This document shows positions 8,033 through 15,988 of a stretch of 33,440 bases of DNA, piece after piece. The position numbers and the translations under genes were made by a program. This stretch comes from Herminiimonas sp. GTDB taxonomy: Bacteria > Pseudomonadota > Gammaproteobacteria > Burkholderiales > Burkholderiaceae_D. Numbering within the stretch: the first letter of the stretch is position 1; each line of letters starts with the position of its first letter. The notes under the pieces were generated by a model. The model had not been told where the DNA came from. It searched no databases and was given only the letters and a program-made list of their open reading frames with translations. Location of the stretch: NCBI GenBank assembly GCA_043753685.1, contig JAYUWF010000315.1, positions 1 through 33,440 of the forward strand. Direction: 5' to 3'.

Positions 8033-9073
8033 ATGCCGATAGAAGATTCAATGACACCCTCATCCATCGAACGTGAAAATTACCGAAACAAGAGTGCGGA
8101 GCAGTTGCGTCTTGTTCTGCCGCTGCTGAGCCGGCACGCCCCGGACTTCAGTCCCGAGAGTTACGCCCTGTGGTTCGAATTCGTCAACGGCTCCCGGCAA
8201 GGTCTGGCCGATGAACTCGGTGTCTTTGCACGCGAGGGAAGCCGGTTGTCGAAGGAACAGACCATGGCCCTCTACAACACGCATCTTCGCGATGCGGAAG
8301 GCCTCAGCATCGAAAGCGTGCGCGAAGCGTTCGTCGAACTGCTCACGAAAATGGCGCGTTCCTCCGACGAGGTCAAGCACAAAAATTCTCTGAGTCAAAA
8401 CCTGCTGGCGGCGATTCCCGATGCAATCGAACGCTCCGGACCGCAGCATGCGGCCATGCTGTTGGCGGAACAATCTCAGCTGGTGGCGGCCACCCTGCTG
8501 GCGTTCGGCCAGCAGCTGGACCAGGCGCAGACCCAGGTCAACGGCTTGCGCGATGAGCTGCAGCGGGTCCATTTGGAATCCCGTGTCGACGGCTTGACGC
8601 ATTTAAAAAACCGGCGTGCTTTCGATGAGGCGCTGGCGGACCGTGCCGAAAAGTCCGTGCACGACGATGCACCATTGGCGTTGATCATGATCGACGTCGA
8701 TCATTTCAAGCGATTCAATGACGAGCTCGGCCACGTCATGGGAGACAAGGCGTTGCTGGCCGTGGCCACCGTGATTCAGCAAAACATCAAGGGCAAGGAT
8801 TTTGCCGCCCGCTATGGCGGAGAAGAATTTGCCGTGCTGCTGTCGGACACCTCGATTGCCAGCGCAAGGCAGGTGGCGGAAAATCTGAGGCATGCCGTCG
8901 AACGCATCCGGATCCGTAAAATCGCCGACAATCTGCCGGTGCGGGGCCTGACCGTCTCGTGCGGCGTGACCACCTTCGTACTGGCGGAAAACCTGAGCGA
9001 TTTCGTCGAGCGGGCAGACGGTGCGCTGTATGCAGCCAAGCACGGCGGGCGCAACCGCGTGGCCAGCGCGTAG
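8033..9073 (+). CDS. Diguanylate cyclase (GGDEF domain) with a soluble helical N-terminal domain
   Basis: C-terminal GGDEF domain (DVDHFKRFNDELGH...RYGGEEFAVLL...SCGV...AD.ALYAAKHGGRNR). The N-terminal ~190 aa have no TM segment and look coiled-coil. Start is uncertain (ATG at 8033 or 8051). Confidence 0.9.
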   Translation: MPIEDSMTPSSIERENYRNKSAEQLRLVLPLLSRHAPDFSPESYALWFEFVNGSRQGLADELGVFAREGSRLSKEQTMALYNTHLRDAEGLSIESVREAFVELLTKMARSSDEVKHKNSLSQNLLAAIPDAIERSGPQHAAMLLAEQSQLVAATLLAFGQQLDQAQTQVNGLRDELQRVHLESRVDGLTHLKNRRAFDEALADRAEKSVHDDAPLALIMIDVDHFKRFNDELGHVMGDKALLAVATVIQQNIKGKDFAARYGGEEFAVLLSDTSIASARQVAENLRHAVERIRIRKIADNLPVRGLTVSCGVTTFVLAENLSDFVERADGALYAAKHGGRNRVASA

Positions 9074-9103
9074 CGACGCAACCTGCTGGCGTCGAGCAAA
9101 AGC

Positions 9104-9136
9104 CAGCGATGCACGCAGTTTTTTGCGTCATCGCTG
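9104..9136. terminator. Strong hairpin between convergent genes; possible bidirectional terminator
   Basis: cagcgatgcacgca / tgcgtcatcgctg forms a 13-bp stem with one bulge and a T-rich 6-7 nt loop. On the minus strand it is followed by GCTTTTGC. There is no U-tract on the plus strand. Confidence 0.35.
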
Positions 9137-9272
9137 ATGCAGGCAAACGTCAGTGGTAATAACTTTCTGTTCCTTGTTTCACGTTCGCGTTCGCCTGCAA
9201 GAAAAGCCTCACCAATTTCGAAGAGGCCGAGCGAGGCGGTCGCCACCGTTACTGCGGAAACCTGCCGTCGGA

Positions 9273-9539
9273 CTATTTCTTCATTTCGTCTTTCGGCATC
9301 ACATCCTTCGCCATTCCTTCCTTGCCAACGCCATCCTTGCTGGCGTGATCCTTCTTCATCTTGTCCTTGGCATGCGGTTTCTTTTCCGTGGCGTCATGGG
9401 CCATCCCATCCTTATGCTTGCCATCCTTGCCCATCGCATCCTTGGCCATCGGATCTTTTTTCATCGCATCCTCCGCCATGGCCGAGCCGGCGCCAACAGC
9501 CATCAGTGCTGCAAAAGTCATCGTCAAAAGATTTTTCAT
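9273..9539 (-). CDS. Secreted pentapeptide MXKDX-repeat protein (Met/Lys/Asp/His-rich)
   Basis: 88 aa. Signal peptide MKNLLTMTFAALMAVGAGSAMA, then 66 aa that parse into about 13 five-residue units (EDAMK KDPMA KDAMG KDGKH KDGMA ...). The DNA shows the matching short periodicity (catccttg repeats). ATG at 9539. Confidence 0.8.
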   Translation of the reverse strand: MKNLLTMTFAALMAVGAGSAMAEDAMKKDPMAKDAMGKDGKHKDGMAHDATEKKPHAKDKMKKDHASKDGVGKEGMAKDVMPKDEMKK

Positions 9540-9605
9540 TTGTACTCCAGAGTTGAGTTTAAAAATATGCACGCAGGCGGTGCGAGTGTTGGCAAGTGCC
9601 GCTGA

Positions 9606-10385
9606 TCAGGCACCCCCGAACCAGTTGTAGCCCTGGTCTTCCCAGTAACCACCAGGATAGCTATTGGTCACGAAGATCTCGGTAATGTGTTTCGGATTCT
9701 TGTAGCCAAGCTTGGTCGGCATGCGCAGCTTCATCGGATAACCATACTTGGGCAGCAAAACCTGTCCATCGTAGGTGAATGTCAGTAGCGTTTGTGGATG
9801 CAGCGCAGTAGGCATGTCGATACTCGTAAAATAATCGTCGGCGCACTTGAATCCGATGTACTTCGCGCTGGTATCGGCGCCGATGCGCTTGAGAAAATCG
9901 CTGAATGTCACGCCGCCCCATTTGCCGATCGCGCTCCAGCCCTCGACACAGATGTGGCGCGTCACCTGTGAAGTCTGTGGCAATGCCGTGAGCGACGCCA
10001 GAGTCCAGTCGGCGCGGTTGGACACCATGCCGCTCACCTTCAAGACATAGTCATCCTCGATCTCCGGCACATCCTCTTCGCCGTAAAAAGCGTTGAACGG
10101 AAACGGCCGCGTGATCATCGATTCGGCATAGGTCGGCGCCAGCCGCGCCGGATCGAACAGCCAGCCCTGCACCTCGTCATTGAAACGCGACATGCCTTTC
10201 AACATCGCTTCGACCGAACTGCTGTCTGTCAACGAGCAACCGCTGAGCATCGTCAGTGCGCCCAGGCTCAATGCCCGCCTGCCAAACAGACGGCGCGACG
10301 GCATGTCGAGGGTCGCGATGATCTTTTGCGCATCCTGCAGGATTTCTTTTTCGTGCGGAAAAATGATCTTGGATTTCTTGAACAT
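9606..10385 (-). CDS. Molybdopterin-dependent oxidoreductase, SUOX fold, MsrP/YedY-like; predicted Tat-exported lipoprotein
   Basis: Twin-arginine segment SRRLFGRRALSLGAL followed by lipobox LSGC. The HICVEGWSAIGKWGGVTF segment resembles the Mo-ligand Cys region of E. coli MsrP (CVEAWS...PW.GF). The C-terminal segment YGYPMKLRMPTKLGYKNPKHI is also collinear with MsrP. GGAG lies 6 nt upstream of the ATG and overlaps the upstream stop. Confidence 0.85.
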   Translation of the reverse strand: MFKKSKIIFPHEKEILQDAQKIIATLDMPSRRLFGRRALSLGALTMLSGCSLTDSSSVEAMLKGMSRFNDEVQGWLFDPARLAPTYAESMITRPFPFNAFYGEEDVPEIEDDYVLKVSGMVSNRADWTLASLTALPQTSQVTRHICVEGWSAIGKWGGVTFSDFLKRIGADTSAKYIGFKCADDYFTSIDMPTALHPQTLLTFTYDGQVLLPKYGYPMKLRMPTKLGYKNPKHITEIFVTNSYPGGYWEDQGYNWFGGA

Positions 10386-10394
10386 GTTGCGCTC

Positions 10395-10991
10395 CTATCG
10401 ACCGCGGATCATGCCGACCAGGGTGCGCGGCACCAGGGCCACCATCACCAGGTGCACGACCACGAAGGCGACGGCGAATGCCATCGCGAGAAAATGCACG
10501 ACCCGTGCGTTGTCGTAACCGCCCATCAATTCGCGCAGCAGCGGGAATTGCACCGATTTCCAGATCGGCAAACCCGACAGCACCAGCAGCAGCAGATCGA
10601 GGATGATGGCCAGATACGCCACCTTCTGCACCGTGTTGTACTTGCTCGGATCGGCGTGGGCGAGGTGTCCGGTCAAGGCCGCCTTCATGTCGACGACGAA
10701 GCCCGATATCGAGACCGGCAACAGCTTGCGGCGGAAGCGGCCGCTGGCAAAATTGACCGCAAGATAAAACAGGCCGTTCAGGACCAGTAGCCACATGGCG
10801 GCGAAATGCCATTGCAGGGCGCCGCCGAGCCAGCCGCCCATGGTCAGTTGCGCCGGTATCTTGAACGCAAAAATCGGCGAGGCGTTGTAGATGCGCCAGC
10901 CGCTGAAGATCATGATGAGGACCGCCACGGCGTTGATCCAGTGGGTCAGGCGCATCCAGAGCGGATTGACGAGGGCAGGCTGGGGATTCAT
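10395..10991 (-). CDS. Cytochrome b (b561 / Ni-hydrogenase-type cytochrome b family) membrane subunit
   Basis: Four hydrophobic helices carrying conserved His residues (RLTHWINAVAV, LQWHFAAMW, VVHFLAMAF, VVVHLVMV). AGGAGA sits upstream of the ATG at 10991. The track ORF start at 11051 has no RBS. Confidence 0.85.
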   Translation of the reverse strand: MNPQPALVNPLWMRLTHWINAVAVLIMIFSGWRIYNASPIFAFKIPAQLTMGGWLGGALQWHFAAMWLLVLNGLFYLAVNFASGRFRRKLLPVSISGFVVDMKAALTGHLAHADPSKYNTVQKVAYLAIILDLLLLVLSGLPIWKSVQFPLLRELMGGYDNARVVHFLAMAFAVAFVVVHLVMVALVPRTLVGMIRGR

Positions 10992-11145
10992 GGTGAATGG
11001 TCTCCTACGAAGTGGACTTGCCATGATGAGTCGCACGAGCGGCGCTTTCATTACAGGTCAGACATCGGAAAATCGAAAATTACGATAAAACTTGTACTTC
11101 CGGTGCGGCCGGTCCATCAGGCAACCCAAGACCATCGGCCCCAGT

Positions 11146-11172
11146 GGCACCTGCGGCACCTGCGGCACCTGC
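11146..11172. repeat. Perfect 9-bp x 3 tandem repeat (ggcacctgc)
   Basis: ggcacctgc ggcacctgc ggcacctgc read directly from the sequence. It is intergenic, between the IOR terminator and the cytochrome b gene. Confidence 0.9.
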
Positions 11173-11189
11173 GCCACAATGGCGTTTCC

Positions 11190-11231
11190 AAAAAAAACGC
11201 CCGCCGGTGCTCGGGTGAGCGACGGCGGGCG
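11190..11231 (-). terminator. Rho-independent terminator of the IOR-family gene
   Basis: On the minus strand, the CGCCCGCCG...CGGCGGGCG 9-bp GC stem is followed immediately by TTTTTTTT. It lies about 30 nt after the stop at 11260. Confidence 0.78.
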
Positions 11232-11259
11232 CGGTGGAGCGACAGACAAGAAGCGGTTG

Positions 11260-14200
11260 TTAAGCTGCCTCGGCAACTCCGGCCATCGACGGCGCCGGCG
11301 CGCCGGTGCCGTCGAAGGTTTGCAGCAATCCGGCCTGCTTGACGCGCGCGGCGGCCAGATGCCGTTCCTTGACATGGCCATAACCACGGATCTCTTCCGG
11401 AATGCTGGCCAGGGCGACCAGCGTGGCCAGATTGGTCGACGTCAGCTTCGACAGCCGCTGACCGATCAGCGCGCGATACTCGCCGACCAATGCCCGTTCG
11501 CCGCGCCGCTCGGCGGTGTAACCGAAGGGGTCGAGCGCCGTGCCGCGCAGGCCTTTGAATTTCGCCAGCACTGAAAACGCCTTCATCATCCAGGGACCGA
11601 ATTCCTGCTTGATCAGGTGACCCTTGGCATCGTGCTTTGCCAAGAGCGGCGGCGCCAGATGGAATTTCAGCTTGTAATCGCCCTCGAACATGCCCGCCAC
11701 CTTCGCCGCGAAGGCGCCGGAGGTGTAGAGCCGCGCGACTTCGTATTCGTCCTTGAAGGCCATGAGCTTGAAAAAGTATTTCGCCACCGCTTCGGTAAGA
11801 CGCAGCGAAGCCGTTGGTGCGGCGCTCGGTGCGGCCAGTCCCAGTTCGACAGCACGGACCTGTTCGACGAAGTCCTTGTACTGCTGCGCGTAAGCGGCAT
11901 TCTGATAGTCGGTCAGGAATGCCACGCGCCGTGCGATCAGGTCGTCCAACGATGGGGTGCGCTTGAATTCGATGACCTGGGACGGCGCTTCATTGACGCG
12001 TGCGGCCTTTTCAACGGCGGCCAGGTCGTGCGCCGCGGTGCGGCCCCAGACGAAAGCTTGCTGGTTGAACTCGACCGAGACACCGTTGAGCGTGATGGCG
12101 CGGGTGAGCGATGCTTCAGACAACGGCACCCAGCCTTTTTGCCAGCAATAGCCGAGCATGAACATGTTGGTGGCGATGTTGTCGCCCATGAGCGCGGTGG
12201 CGATCTTGCCGGCGTCGATGACGTCGACCCGGTCGCTGCCGCAAGCGGCGCGAATCGCCTCCGTGGCGCTGGCGCCCGGATACTGCCAGTCGGGATTCTT
12301 GACGAAGGCTGCGGTCGGCGTGGCCGTGCCGTTGATGGCGCCGTGGGTGCGTCCTTCGCCCATGCGCGAGAGGGCGTCGCGGCTGGCCGTGACGATGACG
12401 TCGCAACCGATCACCAGATCGGCGGCGCCCGTGCCGACCCGGGTCGAATGAATGTCGGATGGATGGTCGGCCAGGCGCACGTGCGACAGTACCGGTCCGC
12501 CCTTCTGCGCCAGGCCGCTCATGTCGAGCACCGAACAACCCTTGCCTTCGACGTGCGCCGCCATCGCCAGGATCTGGCCGACGGTCACCACGCCGGTGCC
12601 GCCGATGCCAGTGACCAGGATGCCGTAACCGGCGCTGGTGGTCGGCAGTACCGGATGCGGCAGGCTTGCAGCCGAGGATGCAACCGTGGCGCCCGCGACC
12701 GCAGGCGCCGCCGCAGCGACCTTCTTCGGCTTCTTAAGCTTGCCGCCTTCGACCGTCACGAAGCTCGGGCAGAAGCCGGTCACGCAGGAAAAATCCTTGT
12801 TGCAGGACGATTGATTGATCTGGCGCTTGCGGCCGAATTCGGTCTCCAGCGGCTCGACCGACAGGCAATTCGATTGCACGCTGCAATCGCCGCAGCCTTC
12901 GCACACGGCTTCGTTGATCACGGCGCGCTTGGCGGGGTCCGGATACTCGTTGCGCTTCCTGCGGCGGCGTTTTTCCGAAGCGCAGGTCTGGTCGTAGATC
13001 ATCGCCGAGCAACCTTCGACTTCGCGCAATTCGCGCTGCACCGCATCGAGTTCGCTGCGGTGACGGATCGTCACGCCAGGCGCCCAGTCGTAGCCCGCCG
13101 GGTACTTGTCCGGCTCGTCCGTGACGACGATGATCGGGCGCACGCCCTCGGCGGCGATCTGGCGCGAGATCATGCCCGGATCGATCGGGCCGTCGACGGT
13201 CTGCCCGCCGGTCATGGCGACCGCGTCGTTGTAGAGAATCTTGTAGGTGATGTTGACCTTGGCCGCTACCGACGCGCGGATGGCCAGCAAACCCGAATGG
13301 TAATAAGTACCGTCGCCGAGATTGGCAAAGACGTGTTTTTCGGAAGTGAACGGCGCCTGGCCGATCCAGGTGGTCCCTTCGGCGCCCATGTGGGTGAAGG
13401 TCGAGGTCTCGCGGTCCATCCACAGCACCATGTAATGGCAACCGATACCGGCCAGCGCACGACTGCCTTCGGGCACCTTGGTCGAGGTGTTGTGCGGGCA
13501 GCCGGAACAGAAATGCGGAATCCGGTCCTTGGCCGGGTCGGGTGCGGCGGCGACCTTCAGCACCGCTTCCTTGGCTTCCAGGTAGGCGATGCGCTCCTTG
13601 ACGCGCTGCTCGATCGGATGCCCGGCAAAGTACTTGCTGATGCGGGTGGCAATCGCACGCGCGATTTGCGCAGGATTCAACTCATAGGTGGCCGGCAACA
13701 GCCAGTCGCCGTGGCCGACGCCCTTGCGATTGCTCCACTCGCCGGTGTCGTCGAACTTGCCGACCACGCGTGGCCGCACGTCGTCGCGCCAGTTGTAGAG
13801 TTCTTCCTTCAACTGGTATTCGAGGATCTGGCGCTTTTCTTCGACCACCAGAATTTCTTCCAGACCCTGGGCGAATTCACGCACGCCTTCGGCTTCCAGC
13901 GGCCATGTCATGCCGACCTTGTACAGGCGGATGCCGATGTCGGCGGCTACCTGCTCGTCGATCCCCAGGTCGGCCAGCGCCTGGCGCGTGTCCAGATACG
14001 ATTTGCCGGCGGTGATGATGCCGATCTTCGCGCGCGGGCTGTCCCAGACGATCTTGTTCAACTTGTTGGCGCGCGCATAGGCCAGCGCCGCATACCACTT
14101 GAAGTTGTTCATGCGGGCTTCCTGCTCGAGCACCGCATCCGGCCAGCGGATGTTCAAACCGCCCGGCGGCAGATCGAAATCGGTCGGCAATCGAATCTGT

Positions 14201-14910
14201 ACCCGGTCCGGATCGAGGTCGACCGAGGCGCCGGATTCGACGATGTCGGTGACGCACTTCATCGCCACCCACAGACCCGTGTAGCGGCTCATGGCCCAGC
14301 CGTGCAGGCCGTAATCGAGATACTCCTGCACCGATGACGGATACAGCACCGGAATGCCGCAGGCTTTTAAAATGTGTTCGCTCTGATGCGCCGTGGTCGA
14401 GGATTTCGCGGCATGGTCGTCGCCGGCCAGTACCAATACACCGCCATGCTGCGAGGTGCCCGCCATGTTGGCATGCTTGAAGACGTCGCCGCAGCGGTCC
14501 ACGCCCGGGCCTTTGCCGTACCACAGGCCGAAGACGCCGTCGTACAGCGCATTCGGAAACAGGTTGACCTGTTGCGTACCCCAGACGCTGGTCGCAGCCA
14601 GGTCTTCGTTGACGCCGGGATGGAACTTGACGTGGTGTGCCTCGAGATGCTTGCGGGCCTTGGCGGCAGTCTGGTCGACGCTGCCCAGGGGCGAGCCGCG
14701 ATAGCCGGTGATGAAGCCGGCGGTGTTCAGGCCGGCGCGCACGTCGCGCTCGCGCTGCAGCATCGGCAGGCGGATCATCGCCTGCGTGCCGGTGATGAAG
14801 GCGCGGCCGCGCTCGAGGGTGTATTTGTCGTCGAGCGAAACCTGGGAAAGCGTCGTGTCGTCGAGTCGATCCTGCGGTTGCGCGTGATCGGGGCGGTGCG
14901 GTGCATTCAT
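11260..14910 (-). CDS. Indolepyruvate ferredoxin oxidoreductase family protein (fused IorA/IorB-type 2-oxoacid:ferredoxin oxidoreductase)
   Basis: 1216 aa. N-terminal part LDDKYTLERGRAFITGTQAMIRLPM...GYRGSPLG, TPP-binding GDGTYYHSG, ferredoxin-type Cys cluster CEGCGDCSVQSNC, and a C-terminal gamma-like domain GIGGTGVVT. Confidence 0.9.
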   Translation of the reverse strand: MNAPHRPDHAQPQDRLDDTTLSQVSLDDKYTLERGRAFITGTQAMIRLPMLQRERDVRAGLNTAGFITGYRGSPLGSVDQTAAKARKHLEAHHVKFHPGVNEDLAATSVWGTQQVNLFPNALYDGVFGLWYGKGPGVDRCGDVFKHANMAGTSQHGGVLVLAGDDHAAKSSTTAHQSEHILKACGIPVLYPSSVQEYLDYGLHGWAMSRYTGLWVAMKCVTDIVESGASVDLDPDRVQIRLPTDFDLPPGGLNIRWPDAVLEQEARMNNFKWYAALAYARANKLNKIVWDSPRAKIGIITAGKSYLDTRQALADLGIDEQVAADIGIRLYKVGMTWPLEAEGVREFAQGLEEILVVEEKRQILEYQLKEELYNWRDDVRPRVVGKFDDTGEWSNRKGVGHGDWLLPATYELNPAQIARAIATRISKYFAGHPIEQRVKERIAYLEAKEAVLKVAAAPDPAKDRIPHFCSGCPHNTSTKVPEGSRALAGIGCHYMVLWMDRETSTFTHMGAEGTTWIGQAPFTSEKHVFANLGDGTYYHSGLLAIRASVAAKVNITYKILYNDAVAMTGGQTVDGPIDPGMISRQIAAEGVRPIIVVTDEPDKYPAGYDWAPGVTIRHRSELDAVQRELREVEGCSAMIYDQTCASEKRRRRKRNEYPDPAKRAVINEAVCEGCGDCSVQSNCLSVEPLETEFGRKRQINQSSCNKDFSCVTGFCPSFVTVEGGKLKKPKKVAAAAPAVAGATVASSAASLPHPVLPTTSAGYGILVTGIGGTGVVTVGQILAMAAHVEGKGCSVLDMSGLAQKGGPVLSHVRLADHPSDIHSTRVGTGAADLVIGCDVIVTASRDALSRMGEGRTHGAINGTATPTAAFVKNPDWQYPGASATEAIRAACGSDRVDVIDAGKIATALMGDNIATNMFMLGYCWQKGWVPLSEASLTRAITLNGVSVEFNQQAFVWGRTAAHDLAAVEKAARVNEAPSQVIEFKRTPSLDDLIARRVAFLTDYQNAAYAQQYKDFVEQVRAVELGLAAPSAAPTASLRLTEAVAKYFFKLMAFKDEYEVARLYTSGAFAAKVAGMFEGDYKLKFHLAPPLLAKHDAKGHLIKQEFGPWMMKAFSVLAKFKGLRGTALDPFGYTAERRGERALVGEYRALIGQRLSKLTSTNLATLVALASIPEEIRGYGHVKERHLAAARVKQAGLLQTFDGTGAPAPSMAGVAEAA

Positions 14911-15091
14911 TGTTGCTGTCTCCGTGCCAAAAATCGTGTCTTTGGGGGCGATGGGTTCGCCTTCAAACGTCTTGCCTTGTGGGCCAGCCGTCCTGCTTTT
15001 CTTGTATTTTAAACGTTAATGCTATGGATCCATTTTATGCTGCCGGCGTGGGCGTCAGCGACGCCTTGCCGGCATCGAATGAGTCATTCAT

Positions 15092-15988
15092 TCAGACGTG
15101 CCCCCGATCGATTTCAGTATCCAGCAATGTGTCGGCCGGCAGCGCCGCCTGCGTTTGCAGACGCGCATAGAGCGGCGTGAAATCCGGCGCGGTTTTGGCG
15201 AACAGTTCTTCGAAGCTCTGTATCACGAAATAGGTTTCCTGATACGAATCGATCTTGTAGAGCGTGCGCATGACACGCTCGGCGTCGAACGCGATGCGAC
15301 GCGGTGCGTTACTGCGCAAGCAATGCTCGATCTCGCCGCCGGACGAGAGCAGGCCGGCGCCGTAGGCGCGCAAGCCTTGCGCGGTCTCGATCAGCCCGAA
15401 TTCGATCGTGTACCAGTACAGGCGCGCCAGATACGTCAGCCCGTTCAGGCCCATCGCCTTGAGTCCACCCTTGCCGTATTCCTGAAGATGATCGGCGAAC
15501 ACCGGATCGAACAGCAGCGGCACATGACCGAAAAAATCATGGAAGACATCGGGCTCGACGATGTAATCGAATTCATGCGGCTCGCGCAACCAGACCGTCA
15601 CCGGAAAGCGGCGCGCGGCAAGATGTTCGAAGAATGTCCTGTCCGGTACCAGGCCCGGCACCGCCACCAGCGTCCAGCCGGTCGCCGCCGACAGCAGCGC
15701 CGTCGTACGCGCGAAATCCGGAACGCCATCGGCTGCTTGCATCTTGGCCAGATTGGCAATAAAGGCATCACATGCACGACCTGGCAAAAGTGCTGCCTGT
15801 CGCGCATACAACTGGCGCCACAGCGCGTGCTGGGCCGGCGTGTAGGCCGCATGATCCTGTTGCACCACGTAGTCGGCATCGGCCTGCGTGTAGTCGCCGC
15901 GTAAGGTGCCGCCATCCGATTTTTCGGCGAGCGCGTTCAGGAAATCTGCCTGCGCCGTACCCGCTGCATCGAGAACGTCGGTACTCAT
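15092..15988 (-). CDS. phhA: Phenylalanine 4-monooxygenase
   Basis: Collinear with bacterial PAH (LPGRACD.F...VPGLVPD..FFEHLA.RRFPVT.WLREPH..DY..EPDVFHD.FGHVPLL...LYWYT.EFGL). The ATG overlaps the hpd stop (ATGA). Confidence 0.95.
   Translation of the reverse strand: MSTDVLDAAGTAQADFLNALAEKSDGGTLRGDYTQADADYVVQQDHAAYTPAQHALWRQLYARQAALLPGRACDAFIANLAKMQAADGVPDFARTTALLSAATGWTLVAVPGLVPDRTFFEHLAARRFPVTVWLREPHEFDYIVEPDVFHDFFGHVPLLFDPVFADHLQEYGKGGLKAMGLNGLTYLARLYWYTIEFGLIETAQGLRAYGAGLLSSGGEIEHCLRSNAPRRIAFDAERVMRTLYKIDSYQETYFVIQSFEELFAKTAPDFTPLYARLQTQAALPADTLLDTEIDRGHV

Noticed and set aside
9137-9605. Two plus-strand ORFs (139 and 150 aa) with repetitive His/Pro/Ser/Leu-rich products.
   Set aside because: They are mirror images of the MXKDX pentapeptide repeat DNA. 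Only the minus-strand frame has a signal peptide, a sensible start and a regular repeat.
11617-14337. A 906-aa plus-strand ORF.
   Set aside because: It lies entirely antisense to the IOR-family gene, which has full-length homology and cofactor motifs. The ORF product is Arg/Ala/Gly/Asp-rich with no recognisable motif. It is a typical stop-free antisense frame in high-GC3 DNA.
15043-15072. An 11-bp interrupted hairpin just downstream of phhA, considered as an intrinsic terminator.
   Set aside because: The stem is real, but the downstream sequence on the minus strand (agcataaaatgg) is not U-rich. Its function is undetermined, so I mention it only in the aromatic-cluster finding.
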